A stretch of 64,000 nt of DNA from an uncultured Acidobacteriota bacterium (GTDB taxonomy: Bacteria > Acidobacteriota > UBA6911): positions 64,001 to 128,000 of the forward strand of contig CAWEJX010000015.1 of the NCBI GenBank assembly GCA_963809485.1, written 5' to 3'. Shown in pieces: positions 34,316-43,910 of this stretch. Positions within the stretch are counted from its first letter, which is position 1. Every line of letters starts with the position of its first letter. Below the pieces are notes generated by a model. It did not search any database and was not told the origin of the DNA. It saw nothing but the letters and a program-made list of their open reading frames with translations. The translations under genes and the position numbers were made by a program.

Positions 34316-34834
34316 ATGAAAGAGCGGAAGCGGAGCGAATTTCGCGCCAGGCTGCCGGAAGTCCTCAAGGCATCGGGCACGACCATCGCCGTGCGCGATC
34401 AAAAAATCCCCCACAGCAAAATTCTGAAAGCCATCCAGCGCGATCCGGATCTTCCGGGAGACCTGGCGGATATCTATCGCCGGAAGGTGCTCACGCAGAA
34501 AACCCGCACCATCCGGCTGCTGGGGAAAAAGGCTCCGGCAAAAATTCTCAACACCCTTCTCGGATACGAGGTCCAGGCCTCTTATAAAAGGATTCAGTGC
34601 CCCGACATGGTCACGGCCCGTTACATCAGGCTTTTTTCCGAACTGGGCTGCCACTCCATCCAGCTGCCCTATGATCCGACCGTCACGGCCGCTCTGATCC
34701 CGGAGATGGAGGCCGCAGTGGAAAAAATCACGGAAAGCGCGCGCGAGATGTTTCCCGGAGACCCGCAGCTGCAGAATTATGTGCTGCGAAATATTTACGC
34801 CATCATCCGTCAGTCTCTTAGATTTTCTCAATAA
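34316..34834 (+). CDS. Hypothetical protein
   Basis: ATG at 34316 after GAGG; continues the operon. Confidence 0.65.
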   Translation: MKERKRSEFRARLPEVLKASGTTIAVRDQKIPHSKILKAIQRDPDLPGDLADIYRRKVLTQKTRTIRLLGKKAPAKILNTLLGYEVQASYKRIQCPDMVTARYIRLFSELGCHSIQLPYDPTVTAALIPEMEAAVEKITESAREMFPGDPQLQNYVLRNIYAIIRQSLRFSQ

Positions 34835-35094
34835 TATTTATAGCAAGAGACGACGATTGTGTTATAAGAAGACTAAACTGGCACTCAGCAATTTGTTCGT
34901 GGAGGAAAAGGGATTGTCAAGTTCGCAGCGGCCCTGAGGAAGCACCGCGATCTCAGGAGACTCGCAATCCCCGGATCCGTCGTATTTGAAACCGGCAGGC
35001 TCGGGATCCGGATAGCAAGGACAATGGCAAATCTCCCGGAATAATGTTGAACAATGAAACAGCTCCGTTGAGCCTGACTTGAGAGGATGAGGTT

Positions 35095-35553
35095 ATGCGA
35101 TTTCGTAACGTTTCGGTGTTTACAGCCTTCGCATTCCTGCTTTTTTCCTGCAGTTCCTGGGCCCAGGATGAAGTTATTCGCGAAGCCGCAATTCATGAAA
35201 ACATCAAGATGACCGCAGCAGCCCCTGCAAAGGACATTCCCGAGGATATTGCAGCCCAGTTCCGGAATTTCCTTCCCATTCTGGAAGAGGCTTTGAAGGA
35301 AAGCACCACAGACCAGTCCGACGAGTGCTCGCTGACTATCCGGGCAGCTGTCGCGGTCAAGGAAGTCGGATCGGCGAAAGTCAAGCGTGCGCAGGCGCGC
35401 ATCACCGCCTACCGGAGAAACTCAAGGCAGGAATATTTCGGTACTTTCATCCTATATAGCTACCTGACCAGCGGTCCCGTGAACAAGGAGGAGACGAAGC
35501 AGTTTCTTCAAAAGCAGATCCTGGAACCGGCTGCATGCCAGCAAGCCAAGTGA
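35095..35553 (+). CDS. Exported hypothetical protein
   Basis: GAGG ribosome-binding site; signal peptide ending SWA-Q. Confidence 0.7.
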   Translation: MRFRNVSVFTAFAFLLFSCSSWAQDEVIREAAIHENIKMTAAAPAKDIPEDIAAQFRNFLPILEEALKESTTDQSDECSLTIRAAVAVKEVGSAKVKRAQARITAYRRNSRQEYFGTFILYSYLTSGPVNKEETKQFLQKQILEPAACQQAK

Positions 35554-35680
35554 CCGGCCCGGCATCCGTCCGCAGAAAGCTCTAAAACAAAGCACCTGGC
35601 GTGGTCTATAGCCAATATCGGGATGGTTTCCCTCCCCGCGCTTCGAGATTTCGTGTGCACAGCTCTCCGGTTCTATAAAT

Positions 35681-35774
35681 CAACATTAGCGGATCAACTG
35701 CTGAGAAAATAGTATTTATAATTTTTCAGCGTGCGTCAGCGTTTATCGGCGTGCGTCAGCGTTAAAATTTATGG
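35681..35774 (+). repeat. About 90-bp CTGCTGAGAAAAT...TCAGCGTTAAAATTTATGG element
   Basis: Close copies at 45459, 50527, 54535 and 59672. Confidence 0.88.
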
Positions 35775-35808
35775 ACTGCCGATGGGCGAATGACCGGTTA
35801 TGGCTTAG

Positions 35809-35836
35809 TCGGACAGGTCTGGAGATCCGGCCTCAC
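35809..35836 (-). repeat. REP-like hairpin
   Basis: Minus strand GTGAGGCCGGATCTCCAGACCTGTCCGA, same family as 286 and 46767. Confidence 0.65.
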
Positions 35837-35846
35837 GAACACCGCA

Positions 35847-36554
35847 TTACGGGATAAGGTCTTTGCGGACGACCTCGATTTCCTGGATGGGAATGACCAG
35901 GCGCACCAGCCTGCCATCTTTGTCGATACTCGCCGTGCCGCTGGATATTCCCACAAACTCGACCTGGAAATTTCTTACACGGATGGATTTGCCGTTCGCC
36001 TTCAGGTCCGAATCGCCCTGGAACGTAATTGCGAGCGGAATGTCATTGCCGATCAGCGGAACAAAGTTGGTAAAAATCTGCCGCCCGCCCCTTTTCATAT
36101 CGTACCTGCGAACCACATAGTCGTACTGGTGATACACGTTGAAATCCAGAATCACCATTTCGGGCGTAAACGGGACGCTGATCTCGCTGGTCCGGCCGCC
36201 TCTGGTCAGAACGCGCTGGGCCTGGGCATCGCGGATCGCAACGGAATAGGCGTCCCCGGTGCCGCCCGAGGTGTACCTGTACTCGTAGGACGCCAGCGAT
36301 CTCGGCTTCCCGGAAAAAACCATCCGGGTCGCAAACGACATGCTCTTCGTTTCAAGGCCGTCCGTAACCAGCATTTCGTGTTCGGAATCGGATACAAGGT
36401 CGCCGTTCTCCGAGACTGTTTCCTTGACGGTTTCACGCCCGGCTGCGCTGCCCTTGATAAAAATCGCATAGGACTGCGAATACGCGCTGTCCTGCGCATA
36501 GCCGCTTCCGCACAATAGAATCAGGCCTGTCCAGATGGAAAATAAAACTCTCAT
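35847..36554 (-). CDS. Exported beta-rich hypothetical protein
   Basis: Signal peptide ending GYA-Q; alternating beta-strand pattern. Confidence 0.7.
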   Translation of the reverse strand: MRVLFSIWTGLILLCGSGYAQDSAYSQSYAIFIKGSAAGRETVKETVSENGDLVSDSEHEMLVTDGLETKSMSFATRMVFSGKPRSLASYEYRYTSGGTGDAYSVAIRDAQAQRVLTRGGRTSEISVPFTPEMVILDFNVYHQYDYVVRRYDMKRGGRQIFTNFVPLIGNDIPLAITFQGDSDLKANGKSIRVRNFQVEFVGISSGTASIDKDGRLVRLVIPIQEIEVVRKDLIP

Positions 36555-36559
36555 GAAAT

Positions 36560-36934
36560 CTACCGTTGAGACCGGACGATTTTGGTTGCCGGCACGCGGA
36601 CCAGGGCGCTGCGGAAAGAATCGGACGCCGAGGCGTTGATCTGCTCCCGGACAAACCCGATCATTTCCTCGACCTGCTCCTGCATCTTTTCCATCTTCTC
36701 GCGCATATTCAGGATGACCTCAACCCCGGCTAGATTCACACCCAGTTCACGAGTGAGCGTGAGGATGATCTCCAGCCTGTGCAGGTCCTCCTCCGAATAG
36801 AGCCGTGTGTTCCCGTCGCTGCGCGACGGCATCAACAGCCCCAGGCGCTCATACAGGCGGAGCGTCTGAGGATGGATCTGATACGACTCCGCCACCGAAC
36901 TGATCATGTAACCTGTTTTTTTCCGCGGGCTCAC
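36560..36934 (-). CDS. hspR: MerR-family heat-shock repressor HspR
   Basis: YMISSVAE...IHPQTLRLYERLGLL.PSRSDGNTRLYS, LGVNLAGV; follows dnaJ. Confidence 0.9.
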   Translation of the reverse strand: MSPRKKTGYMISSVAESYQIHPQTLRLYERLGLLMPSRSDGNTRLYSEEDLHRLEIILTLTRELGVNLAGVEVILNMREKMEKMQEQVEEMIGFVREQINASASDSFRSALVRVPATKIVRSQR

Positions 36935-36950
36935 AATTCACTCTCCCAGA

Positions 36951-38090
36951 TCAGATTGGAGACATGCTGTCCCGGGGATTTTCCGGGTTCAGGCGGGCCA
37001 ATTCCCGCAGAAGCTCCTTGGAGCGTTCATCCGCCACTTTGGGCACGATGACGCGCACCTCCACAATTTGGTTGCCGGGCAAATCACCGCGAAGCGAAGG
37101 TGCGCCTTTTCCTCTCAGCCGGAATTTCTGGCCGCTCTGGGTCCCCGGCGGGATGCGCAGCAGGCTTTTTCCGTTAATCGATGGGACCTCGATCTTCGTT
37201 CCCAGCGCGGCTTCCGTTACCGTGATGGGCACCGTGCAGACTATGTCGTTCCCTTCCCGACGGAAAAATTCGTGCGGCCGGACGGTAATGATCAGATACA
37301 GATCGCCCGGGCCTCCTCCGGACACGCCGGCGTTCCCTTTGCCGGGGACGCGCATTCGATAGCCGTTGGCTACACCCGGAGGTATGCGGACGGTGATGGT
37401 TTCCTGGAAAGGCTTCGCGCCGGAACCGCCGCACACGGCGCAGCGGCCCCCGACCCGGCCGGTTCCGCCGCAGGCGCGGCAGGGGCCGGAAAACCGCATG
37501 AATCCATGGGCCTTCGCCTCCTGCCCCGTTCCCTGGCACTTCGAGCACGTCTGCTGGCCCGCATTGCGGTCCCTTCCGGTTCCTTCGCATGCGGAACAGG
37601 CGACATGCCGGTTCAGAACCATTCGCGTGGACAAACCCTGAAGGCTTTCCATGAAGGAAATATTCAGGTGATGCTCCAGGTCTTCTCCCCGAACCGGTCC
37701 TGTTTCGCGGCTGCGCGATGCGCCGCCGCTGAAAAGATCGGAAAATAGATCCCGGAAACTGCTCTGCCCGGATTCCCCGAAATCCATTCCAGAAAAATCG
37801 AATCCCTGGCTGTGTCCCCCGCCGAATCCCCTGCCTTGCCCGCCCGGATGCTCCTTGAAGTTTTCCGAGTAGAAGCCGTATTGATCGTAAACCGCGCGCT
37901 TCTTGGGATCGCTAAGAACGTCGTAGGCCTGCTGGATCCTCTTGAAACGCTCCTCCGCCGATTTGTCCCCCGGGTTGACATCCGGATGATTTTTCCTTGC
38001 CAGGCGTCGATAGGCCTTCTTGATTTCCGCCTCTTTCGCGTTCCGGGAAATGCCCAGAATCGCGTAATAATCCGGTCCCTGATTTGCCAT
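36951..38090 (-). CDS. dnaJ: Chaperone DnaJ
   Basis: J domain HPD, G/F region, four CxxC zinc-finger repeats. Confidence 0.96.
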   Translation of the reverse strand: MANQGPDYYAILGISRNAKEAEIKKAYRRLARKNHPDVNPGDKSAEERFKRIQQAYDVLSDPKKRAVYDQYGFYSENFKEHPGGQGRGFGGGHSQGFDFSGMDFGESGQSSFRDLFSDLFSGGASRSRETGPVRGEDLEHHLNISFMESLQGLSTRMVLNRHVACSACEGTGRDRNAGQQTCSKCQGTGQEAKAHGFMRFSGPCRACGGTGRVGGRCAVCGGSGAKPFQETITVRIPPGVANGYRMRVPGKGNAGVSGGGPGDLYLIITVRPHEFFRREGNDIVCTVPITVTEAALGTKIEVPSINGKSLLRIPPGTQSGQKFRLRGKGAPSLRGDLPGNQIVEVRVIVPKVADERSKELLRELARLNPENPRDSMSPI

Positions 38091-38245
38091 ACCTTAGCCT
38101 GCGGACAAAAATTGCGCTGCCTCACGCCGTCATTCGCCGGCGCGCGCCGATAGAAAACCATTTTATCCGCGTGCGCCGGCGTTTAATTTTGTCGCGGGAC
38201 AGCCTGTACCGTTTCGTGCCACCACATGCTGCTTAAAACGCAGCC

Positions 38246-40174
38246 TTACTCGTTTTTGTCCATGTCGACGTATTCCGCGTCGATTACCTCATCTTCCTTT
38301 TTGCCCGATTCCTGCTTCGGGCCGCCGCCCGCTGCTCCGTCGCCGGGCGCGCCATGCGGAGGAGTCTGCGCCGCGGTCTTCTGGTACATGATCTCGGCAA
38401 GGCGGTGCGACGCGTGGGTCAGTTCCTCGAAGGCCTCGTTGAGCTCGGAGGCTTCCGCCTGTCTCTCGAGGACCAGCTTGGCTTTGGAAAGCGCCGAATC
38501 CAGGGTCGCAGCATCCGACTCCGGCACTTTCTCCCGGTTTTCTTTCAGGATCTTCTCCGTGTTGTAGACCAGGCTGTCGAGTTTGTTTTTAGCCTCGATC
38601 TTTTCCCGGTTTTTCTGGTCTTCATCCGCATGGGATTGAGCGTCCTGCTTCATTTTATCAATTTCTTCCTTGCTCAATCCGCTCGACGCGGTGATGGTGA
38701 TCTTCTGCTCCTTGCTGGTGGCCAGGTCCTTGGCCGAAACGTTCACGATGCCGTTGGCGTCGATGTCGAATGTCACTTCAATCTGCGGCATCCCCCGCGG
38801 CGCCGCTGGAATTCCCACCAGGTGGAATTTGCCCAGTGTCCGGTTGTCCTTCGCCATCGCCCGCTCGCCCTGTAAAACGTGGATTTCCACCGATGTTTGA
38901 TTGTCGGCGGCGGTGGAAAATATTTCGGATTTCCTGGTCGGGATGGTCGTGTTTCTTTCGATCAGCTTGGTGAAGACTCCGCCGAGGGTCTCGATGCCCA
39001 GAGACAGCGGCGTCACATCCAGGAGCAGCAGGTCCTTCACGTCCCCGGCAAGCACACCGGCCTGAACGGCAGCGCCCACGGCAACCACCTCGTCGGGGTT
39101 CACGCCTTTATGGGGCTCTTTGCCGAAATATTCCTTCACCATCTGCTGAACGCGCGGGATACGGGTCGATCCGCCAACCAGGACCACCTCATCGATATCG
39201 CTCGGCTTCACGCCGGCATCCGCCAGCGCCTGTTTCAAGGGAGGAATCGACCGCTGCAGGATGTCCTCGACCATCTGTTCGAATTTGGAACGGGACAGCT
39301 TCATGTTCAGGTGCTTCGGCCCGGCGGAATCGGCGGTGATGAAGGGAAGGTTGATCTCCGTTTCCATTACGGTCGAAAGCTCCATTTTTGCCTTTTCGGC
39401 GGCTTCGCGCAGACGCTGCAGGGCCATCTTGTCCTTCGACAGGTCGATTCCCTGGTCTTTTTTGAACTCGTCGATAATCCAGTCCATAAGCCGCTGGTCA
39501 ATGTTGTCCCCGCCGAGGTGGGTGTCCCCGTTGGTCGATTTGACTTCCACTACGCCTTCGCCGACTTCGAGGATTGAAATGTCGAAGGTCCCGCCGCCGA
39601 AATCGAAGACCGCAATGGTTTCGTCTTTCTTCTTGTCCAGGCCGTAGGCCAGGGCCGCCGCCGTCGGTTCGTTGACGATGCGGACCACTTCCATGCCCGC
39701 TATTTTGCCCGCATCCTTGGTAGCCTGGCGCTGGCTGTCGTTGAAATAGGCAGGAACCGTGATCACGGCTTTTTCCACTTTTTCGCCCAGATATTCCTCC
39801 GCCGCGGCGCGCATCTTCTGGAGGATCATGGCCGCTATTTCCGGCGGGTTGTAGGTCTTGTCACCCATTTTTACCTGCGCGTCCGAGTTTGAACCGGACA
39901 CGACCTTGTAGGGGACCAGTTTCGTTTCCTCACCGACCTCACTGGTTTTGCGTCCCATGAACCGCTTGATGGAAAAAATGGTGTTTTCCGGGTTTGTAAC
40001 TGCTTGGCGCTTGGCAACTTGCCCTACAAAACGTTCTCCGTTTTTCCCCACCGCCACTACCGAAGGCGTGAGCCGGGATCCTTCAGGATTGGTGATAACC
40101 TTAGGCTCGCCTCCCTCCATGACCGCCACTACTGAATTGGTAGTGCCAAGGTCTATTCCGATGATCTTACCCAT
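38246..40174 (-). CDS. dnaK: Chaperone DnaK
   Basis: [37 protein letters not shown]. Confidence 0.99.
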   Translation of the reverse strand: MGKIIGIDLGTTNSVVAVMEGGEPKVITNPEGSRLTPSVVAVGKNGERFVGQVAKRQAVTNPENTIFSIKRFMGRKTSEVGEETKLVPYKVVSGSNSDAQVKMGDKTYNPPEIAAMILQKMRAAAEEYLGEKVEKAVITVPAYFNDSQRQATKDAGKIAGMEVVRIVNEPTAAALAYGLDKKKDETIAVFDFGGGTFDISILEVGEGVVEVKSTNGDTHLGGDNIDQRLMDWIIDEFKKDQGIDLSKDKMALQRLREAAEKAKMELSTVMETEINLPFITADSAGPKHLNMKLSRSKFEQMVEDILQRSIPPLKQALADAGVKPSDIDEVVLVGGSTRIPRVQQMVKEYFGKEPHKGVNPDEVVAVGAAVQAGVLAGDVKDLLLLDVTPLSLGIETLGGVFTKLIERNTTIPTRKSEIFSTAADNQTSVEIHVLQGERAMAKDNRTLGKFHLVGIPAAPRGMPQIEVTFDIDANGIVNVSAKDLATSKEQKITITASSGLSKEEIDKMKQDAQSHADEDQKNREKIEAKNKLDSLVYNTEKILKENREKVPESDAATLDSALSKAKLVLERQAEASELNEAFEELTHASHRLAEIMYQKTAAQTPPHGAPGDGAAGGGPKQESGKKEDEVIDAEYVDMDKNE

Positions 40175-40267
40175 TGGTTCCTCCTTAATGAACGCAACTA
40201 AAGTGTTTTAAAAGACATCCATTCATAATTGCCGATTGTCATTCCCAGCATTTTTTAGCGCATCAGT

Positions 40268-40297
40268 TATATAGGATGTGAGTGTCTCGTTGTCAAC
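40268..40297 (-). promoter_or_regulatory. dnaK promoter overlapping a degenerate HAIR-like (HspR) operator
   Basis: Minus strand gTTGACAacgagacACTCAca compared with HAIR CTTGAGT-N7-ACTCAAG; TTGACA-N17-TATATA. Confidence 0.55.
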
Positions 40298-40355
40298 TAT
40301 TCTTGCCGCCGCGGCCGATTTTGTTGAAGAAAAACTCCGGCCGCTCTGTGTGGGG

Positions 40356-40486
40356 GTTGAACGTTTGAACGTTGAACGTTAGAATGTTTGAACGTTTACG
40401 GGTTGCACGTTCGAAGTCTGCACTTTCGACTTACAACGTTCAACGTGCAAACCTTCCAACGTGCAAACGTTCAAACGTTCAACGTT
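40356..40486. repeat. AACGTT-core repeat array in inverted arrangement
   Basis: GTTGAACGTTTGAACGTT...AACGTTCAAACGTTCAAC. Confidence 0.85.
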
Positions 40487-40532
40487 ACTGCAGGTAGCCT
40501 CCACCTGCATTTCCTGCTATCATGGCAATACT

Positions 40533-41174
40533 ATGAAGAAAATCGCAGCCATGGCATGGATTATTTTCGGAGCGGCTCTCCTGATGGCCGATGACTACCT
40601 GATAAAGACGGTCAAGGTTCAGCCGATGGAATCCTATCCCGCCCAGGCATCGGTCGGGAATGTAACGATCGCAGCGGATCCCTACGACACCAATAAAAAA
40701 TCATTAACGGCATTCGACGTAAAAAAACTCAATTCGCGCGGATATTTCCCTCTTCACGTGATCATCCGGAACGGCTCGTCGGATTTCCTCAAAATACACA
40801 CGCGAAATATCATCGTTGTCACTTCCTCCGGTCAGCATCTTTACACCACGCCTGCGACGCTTCTGGTCGACGATATCGGCAAAGCCGGGATGACGAGCAA
40901 AATCCCTCTCATAGGATCGGACGGCGCTCCGGGAATGGGCAAGGAAGGCAGCGCCCTTTCGGATTTTTCGGCGAAAGAATTGACCAATCGGACCGTGGAT
41001 CCCGGCTCGGTTTCCGACGGATTCCTCTTTTTCTTCACGCCCGATCCCAAGATAAATCCTTTCGCGGGCAGCACGCTTTACATCCCCAAGCTCGAGACGG
41101 AAGGCACCGGCAAAGGGATTGGGCCTTTCTCCATAGCGCTTGAACCCGCGCTGACAAAACCCAAGAAAAAATAG
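40533..41174 (+). CDS. Exported hypothetical protein
   Basis: MKKIAAMAW signal peptide at 40533; the upstream extension lies in the repeat. Confidence 0.72.
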   Translation: MKKIAAMAWIIFGAALLMADDYLIKTVKVQPMESYPAQASVGNVTIAADPYDTNKKSLTAFDVKKLNSRGYFPLHVIIRNGSSDFLKIHTRNIIVVTSSGQHLYTTPATLLVDDIGKAGMTSKIPLIGSDGAPGMGKEGSALSDFSAKELTNRTVDPGSVSDGFLFFFTPDPKINPFAGSTLYIPKLETEGTGKGIGPFSIALEPALTKPKKK

Positions 41175-41214
41175 AGCTCCGGCTCCCGTAAGCAGGGAGT
41201 GCGAATCGTATCCT

Positions 41215-42369
41215 ATGGATGTATCGGAGTTGATTGCCGCTTTTCGGGCCCGTTACGGCTCCGATCCACGGATATTTTGCGCCCCCGGACGCGTGAACCT
41301 GATCGGCGAACACACCGATTACGGCTCAGGCTTCGTCCTGCCCATGGCCATCGATCGGGGCATAGCCGTGGCCATTGTCGCGCGTCCCGGCCGGAAACTG
41401 CGTGTCTGGTCGATCAACCTGGAGGCTGCCGCGGAACTGGACCTCGACCGGCCGGGTCGCGGGCGCAGCGGCACATGGACGGATTACGTTGAAGGCATCG
41501 TGTCCGCAATATCCGCCCCGGGCAATCTTCTTGTCGGGGCCGATATCGCATTGAAGAGCGACGTTAGCATAGGCGGCGGATTGGCCTCTTCGGCGGCGCT
41601 GGAGATGGCTGTGGGCGCCGCTCTCATCAGCCTCTCGGGCATTCGGATGGACAAAACTTCCTTGGCGCTCGCAGGTCAGACCGCGGAGCACGTTCATGTG
41701 GGTATCCAAAGTGGAATTATGGATCAGTACGTTTCCGTGCACGCTTTGGAGGACCATGCAATCCTGCTCGACTGCCGCTCCCTGGAAGCCCGGCAAATAC
41801 CGCTGCATTTATGCGGCCATGAAATCGTCATCTGCGACAGTCGCGTGCGCCACACCCTGGCCTCGTCGGAGTACAACCGGCGCCGGCAGGATTGCGAGTC
41901 GGGGGTTAAGCTTCTGAGTTCCGCCCTCCCCGGCATTCGGGCTTTGCGGGACGTCTCCTCGCCGGAGTTTGAGGCGCACAGATCCTTGCTGCCCGAAATC
42001 GTTGAGCGCCGCTGCCGGCATGTCATAGGCGAAAATGCCCGGACGCTTCAGGCGGCCCGCGCCCTGGCCGAGGGAAGAATGCAGGAGATGGGCTCGCTGA
42101 TGTCCGCGTCCCATCGATCCCTGCGGGATGACTATGAGGTCAGTTGCCGTGAACTGGACCTGCTGGTGAACATCGCCGAAGATCAGCCGGGCGTTTTGGG
42201 CTCCAGGATGACGGGGGGCGGGTTTGGCGGCTGCACGGTCAGCCTGGTAGAAAGCCGCCGGGTAGAATCGTTTTGCGAAGCGGTTTCAGGCAAGTACAAG
42301 GCCGCGGCCGGAATCACTCCGGACATTTTCCCTGTCCGCGCCAGTGCCGGCGCTCACGAGATTACATAA
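41215..42369 (+). CDS. galK: Galactokinase
   Basis: APGRVNLIGEHTDY, GGGLASSAA, GIMDQ, GSRMTGGGFGG. Confidence 0.97.
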   Translation: MDVSELIAAFRARYGSDPRIFCAPGRVNLIGEHTDYGSGFVLPMAIDRGIAVAIVARPGRKLRVWSINLEAAAELDLDRPGRGRSGTWTDYVEGIVSAISAPGNLLVGADIALKSDVSIGGGLASSAALEMAVGAALISLSGIRMDKTSLALAGQTAEHVHVGIQSGIMDQYVSVHALEDHAILLDCRSLEARQIPLHLCGHEIVICDSRVRHTLASSEYNRRRQDCESGVKLLSSALPGIRALRDVSSPEFEAHRSLLPEIVERRCRHVIGENARTLQAARALAEGRMQEMGSLMSASHRSLRDDYEVSCRELDLLVNIAEDQPGVLGSRMTGGGFGGCTVSLVESRRVESFCEAVSGKYKAAAGITPDIFPVRASAGAHEIT

Positions 42370-42377
42370 ATAATCCA

Positions 42378-42437
42378 ACCACGAAACACACGAAAAACAC
42401 GAAATTATAATTTTGCGTATTTCGTGACTTTCGTGGT
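42378..42437. repeat. CACGAAA 9-mer micro-repeat hairpin between convergent genes
   Basis: ACCACGAAACACACGAAAAACACGAAAT...ATTTCGTGACTTTCGTGGT. Confidence 0.8.
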
Positions 42438-42457
42438 CAGATTTTGCTGATCCCGCT

Positions 42458-43066
42458 CTACTTGCGTTTCTTCCTGTAGACGTCCGCGTACGCCCGCCTC
42501 AACGGAGCCACGCAATACTGGTGGATGAGCTCCATAAAAATGGGCGGATCGGAAACGAGATCTTCGAGGTACTCCTCTTCTACACCGAAAGCCAGGCGCA
42601 CGATGTCGGCTTTCCCTTCCCTTGTCTCGATCTTGATGCTGTCCTGCACATCCTCCTGCAGGATGAAGATCTCTCCGTTGCGGACTTTTTTCAGCTTCTT
42701 GAATCCCTCGACCGGCTTGTCGCTGTTGGCCAGATAGTAGTCGGCGAGCCGGCGCGCGAGTTCGTTGTAGTTGAAATTCGGGACCTTGTTGTTGACGCTC
42801 ACTTCGAGGCAGCAGTTGTCCGCCTCCTGGAGCAGGCTCAAGCCATAGGTAAAATCGAGGTCGCCTTTGTTGAACTTAATCCTGTGGCCGGTTTCGTCAT
42901 GAAAGCGTTTCAGTTCTTCAGGGACCTGCAGGTCGGGATTCTCGGCTTTTTTTTCAGAAGTGACGTAATAATCGCTGACGCTCAGGTACCACTGATCGAT
43001 GATGGCTTCCAGCGCTTTGTCAATCAGTGAAACAGTTTTGGGTGGAATCTTCCTCTTTCCAGGCAA
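42458..43066 (-). CDS. Hypothetical protein
   Basis: 202-aa ORF, TTG start after GAGG; no recognised motif. Confidence 0.7.
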   Translation of the reverse strand: MPGKRKIPPKTVSLIDKALEAIIDQWYLSVSDYYVTSEKKAENPDLQVPEELKRFHDETGHRIKFNKGDLDFTYGLSLLQEADNCCLEVSVNNKVPNFNYNELARRLADYYLANSDKPVEGFKKLKKVRNGEIFILQEDVQDSIKIETREGKADIVRLAFGVEEEYLEDLVSDPPIFMELIHQYCVAPLRRAYADVYRKKRK

Positions 43067-43165
43067 TCGTGTAGTCCTCGGGTTAGGTTAACAAGCAGCT
43101 ATCGGCAGTTGCCTGCCGGACGCAGCAGTATATCACGGAGTTTTTCGGATGTGGAATTGATTCAT

Positions 43166-43194
43166 TTGACAGTGTGCGGAGTATCGGGGATAAT
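43166..43194 (+). promoter_or_regulatory. Sigma70 promoter of tRNA-Ala
   Basis: TTGACA-N17-GATAAT. Confidence 0.7.
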
Positions 43195-43216
43195 TCGGTG
43201 CCGTCATGCTGCATAT

Positions 43217-43292
<76 letters not shown>

Positions 43293-43297
43293 ATATT

Positions 43298-43879
43298 CTA
43301 CTTCGCCAGCACGGGAAATCTGAAAACCAGCACAACATAGGCGTGCGAGGGGACCTCTTTCCCGCGGCTGTCCGCCGCAGGCACGAATTCCCATTCCCGG
43401 ACGGCATTGATGGAGGTTTCCGTCACGGCTCCCAGTGACTTGATGGCGCGCACATCGGCGACCCGTCCTTCGGCAGAAACATCCGCCCGCAGGACCACGC
43501 TCCCTCTGGCCATGGCGTTGGCAGGATAGGCAGGAGAAGTCACGGATCGGGGGTACGGCAGGGATGAAGCCGCCTTTCCGGGGCCGACAGCCTGCCTGGA
43601 GCTGCCCACAGAATAGAGCTGCGGCGCGCGAAAGTGCACGACAATCAATACACGATCGCCCTGCTCCTGGGGCAAAGCCCATTGAGCCAGTGCCGATTTG
43701 CATGAGCCGGCGAACGGCTCTTCACCCGAAAGGATCCCGACATTTTTCACCGCCCCGGCCGCGAGCTCGAGCTCGGCGACGACCGTGCCTCCTCCCGCTG
43801 CGCTCGGCGGGTATAAAGGTTCCACGACCGAAAGACCGTCGGCAAACATGAATAGAAATGCAAAGGCTATTGATTTCAT
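43298..43879 (-). CDS. Protein with two TonB C-terminal-like domains
   Basis: PLYPP.A..GGTV and PAYPANA.ARGSVVL...V..EGRV; AVREWEFVPA. Confidence 0.75.
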   Translation of the reverse strand: MKSIAFAFLFMFADGLSVVEPLYPPSAAGGGTVVAELELAAGAVKNVGILSGEEPFAGSCKSALAQWALPQEQGDRVLIVVHFRAPQLYSVGSSRQAVGPGKAASSLPYPRSVTSPAYPANAMARGSVVLRADVSAEGRVADVRAIKSLGAVTETSINAVREWEFVPAADSRGKEVPSHAYVVLVFRFPVLAK

Positions 43880-43910
43880 TCTTTAAGCGTAAGCCCGGCC
43901 GCGGGCAAGT

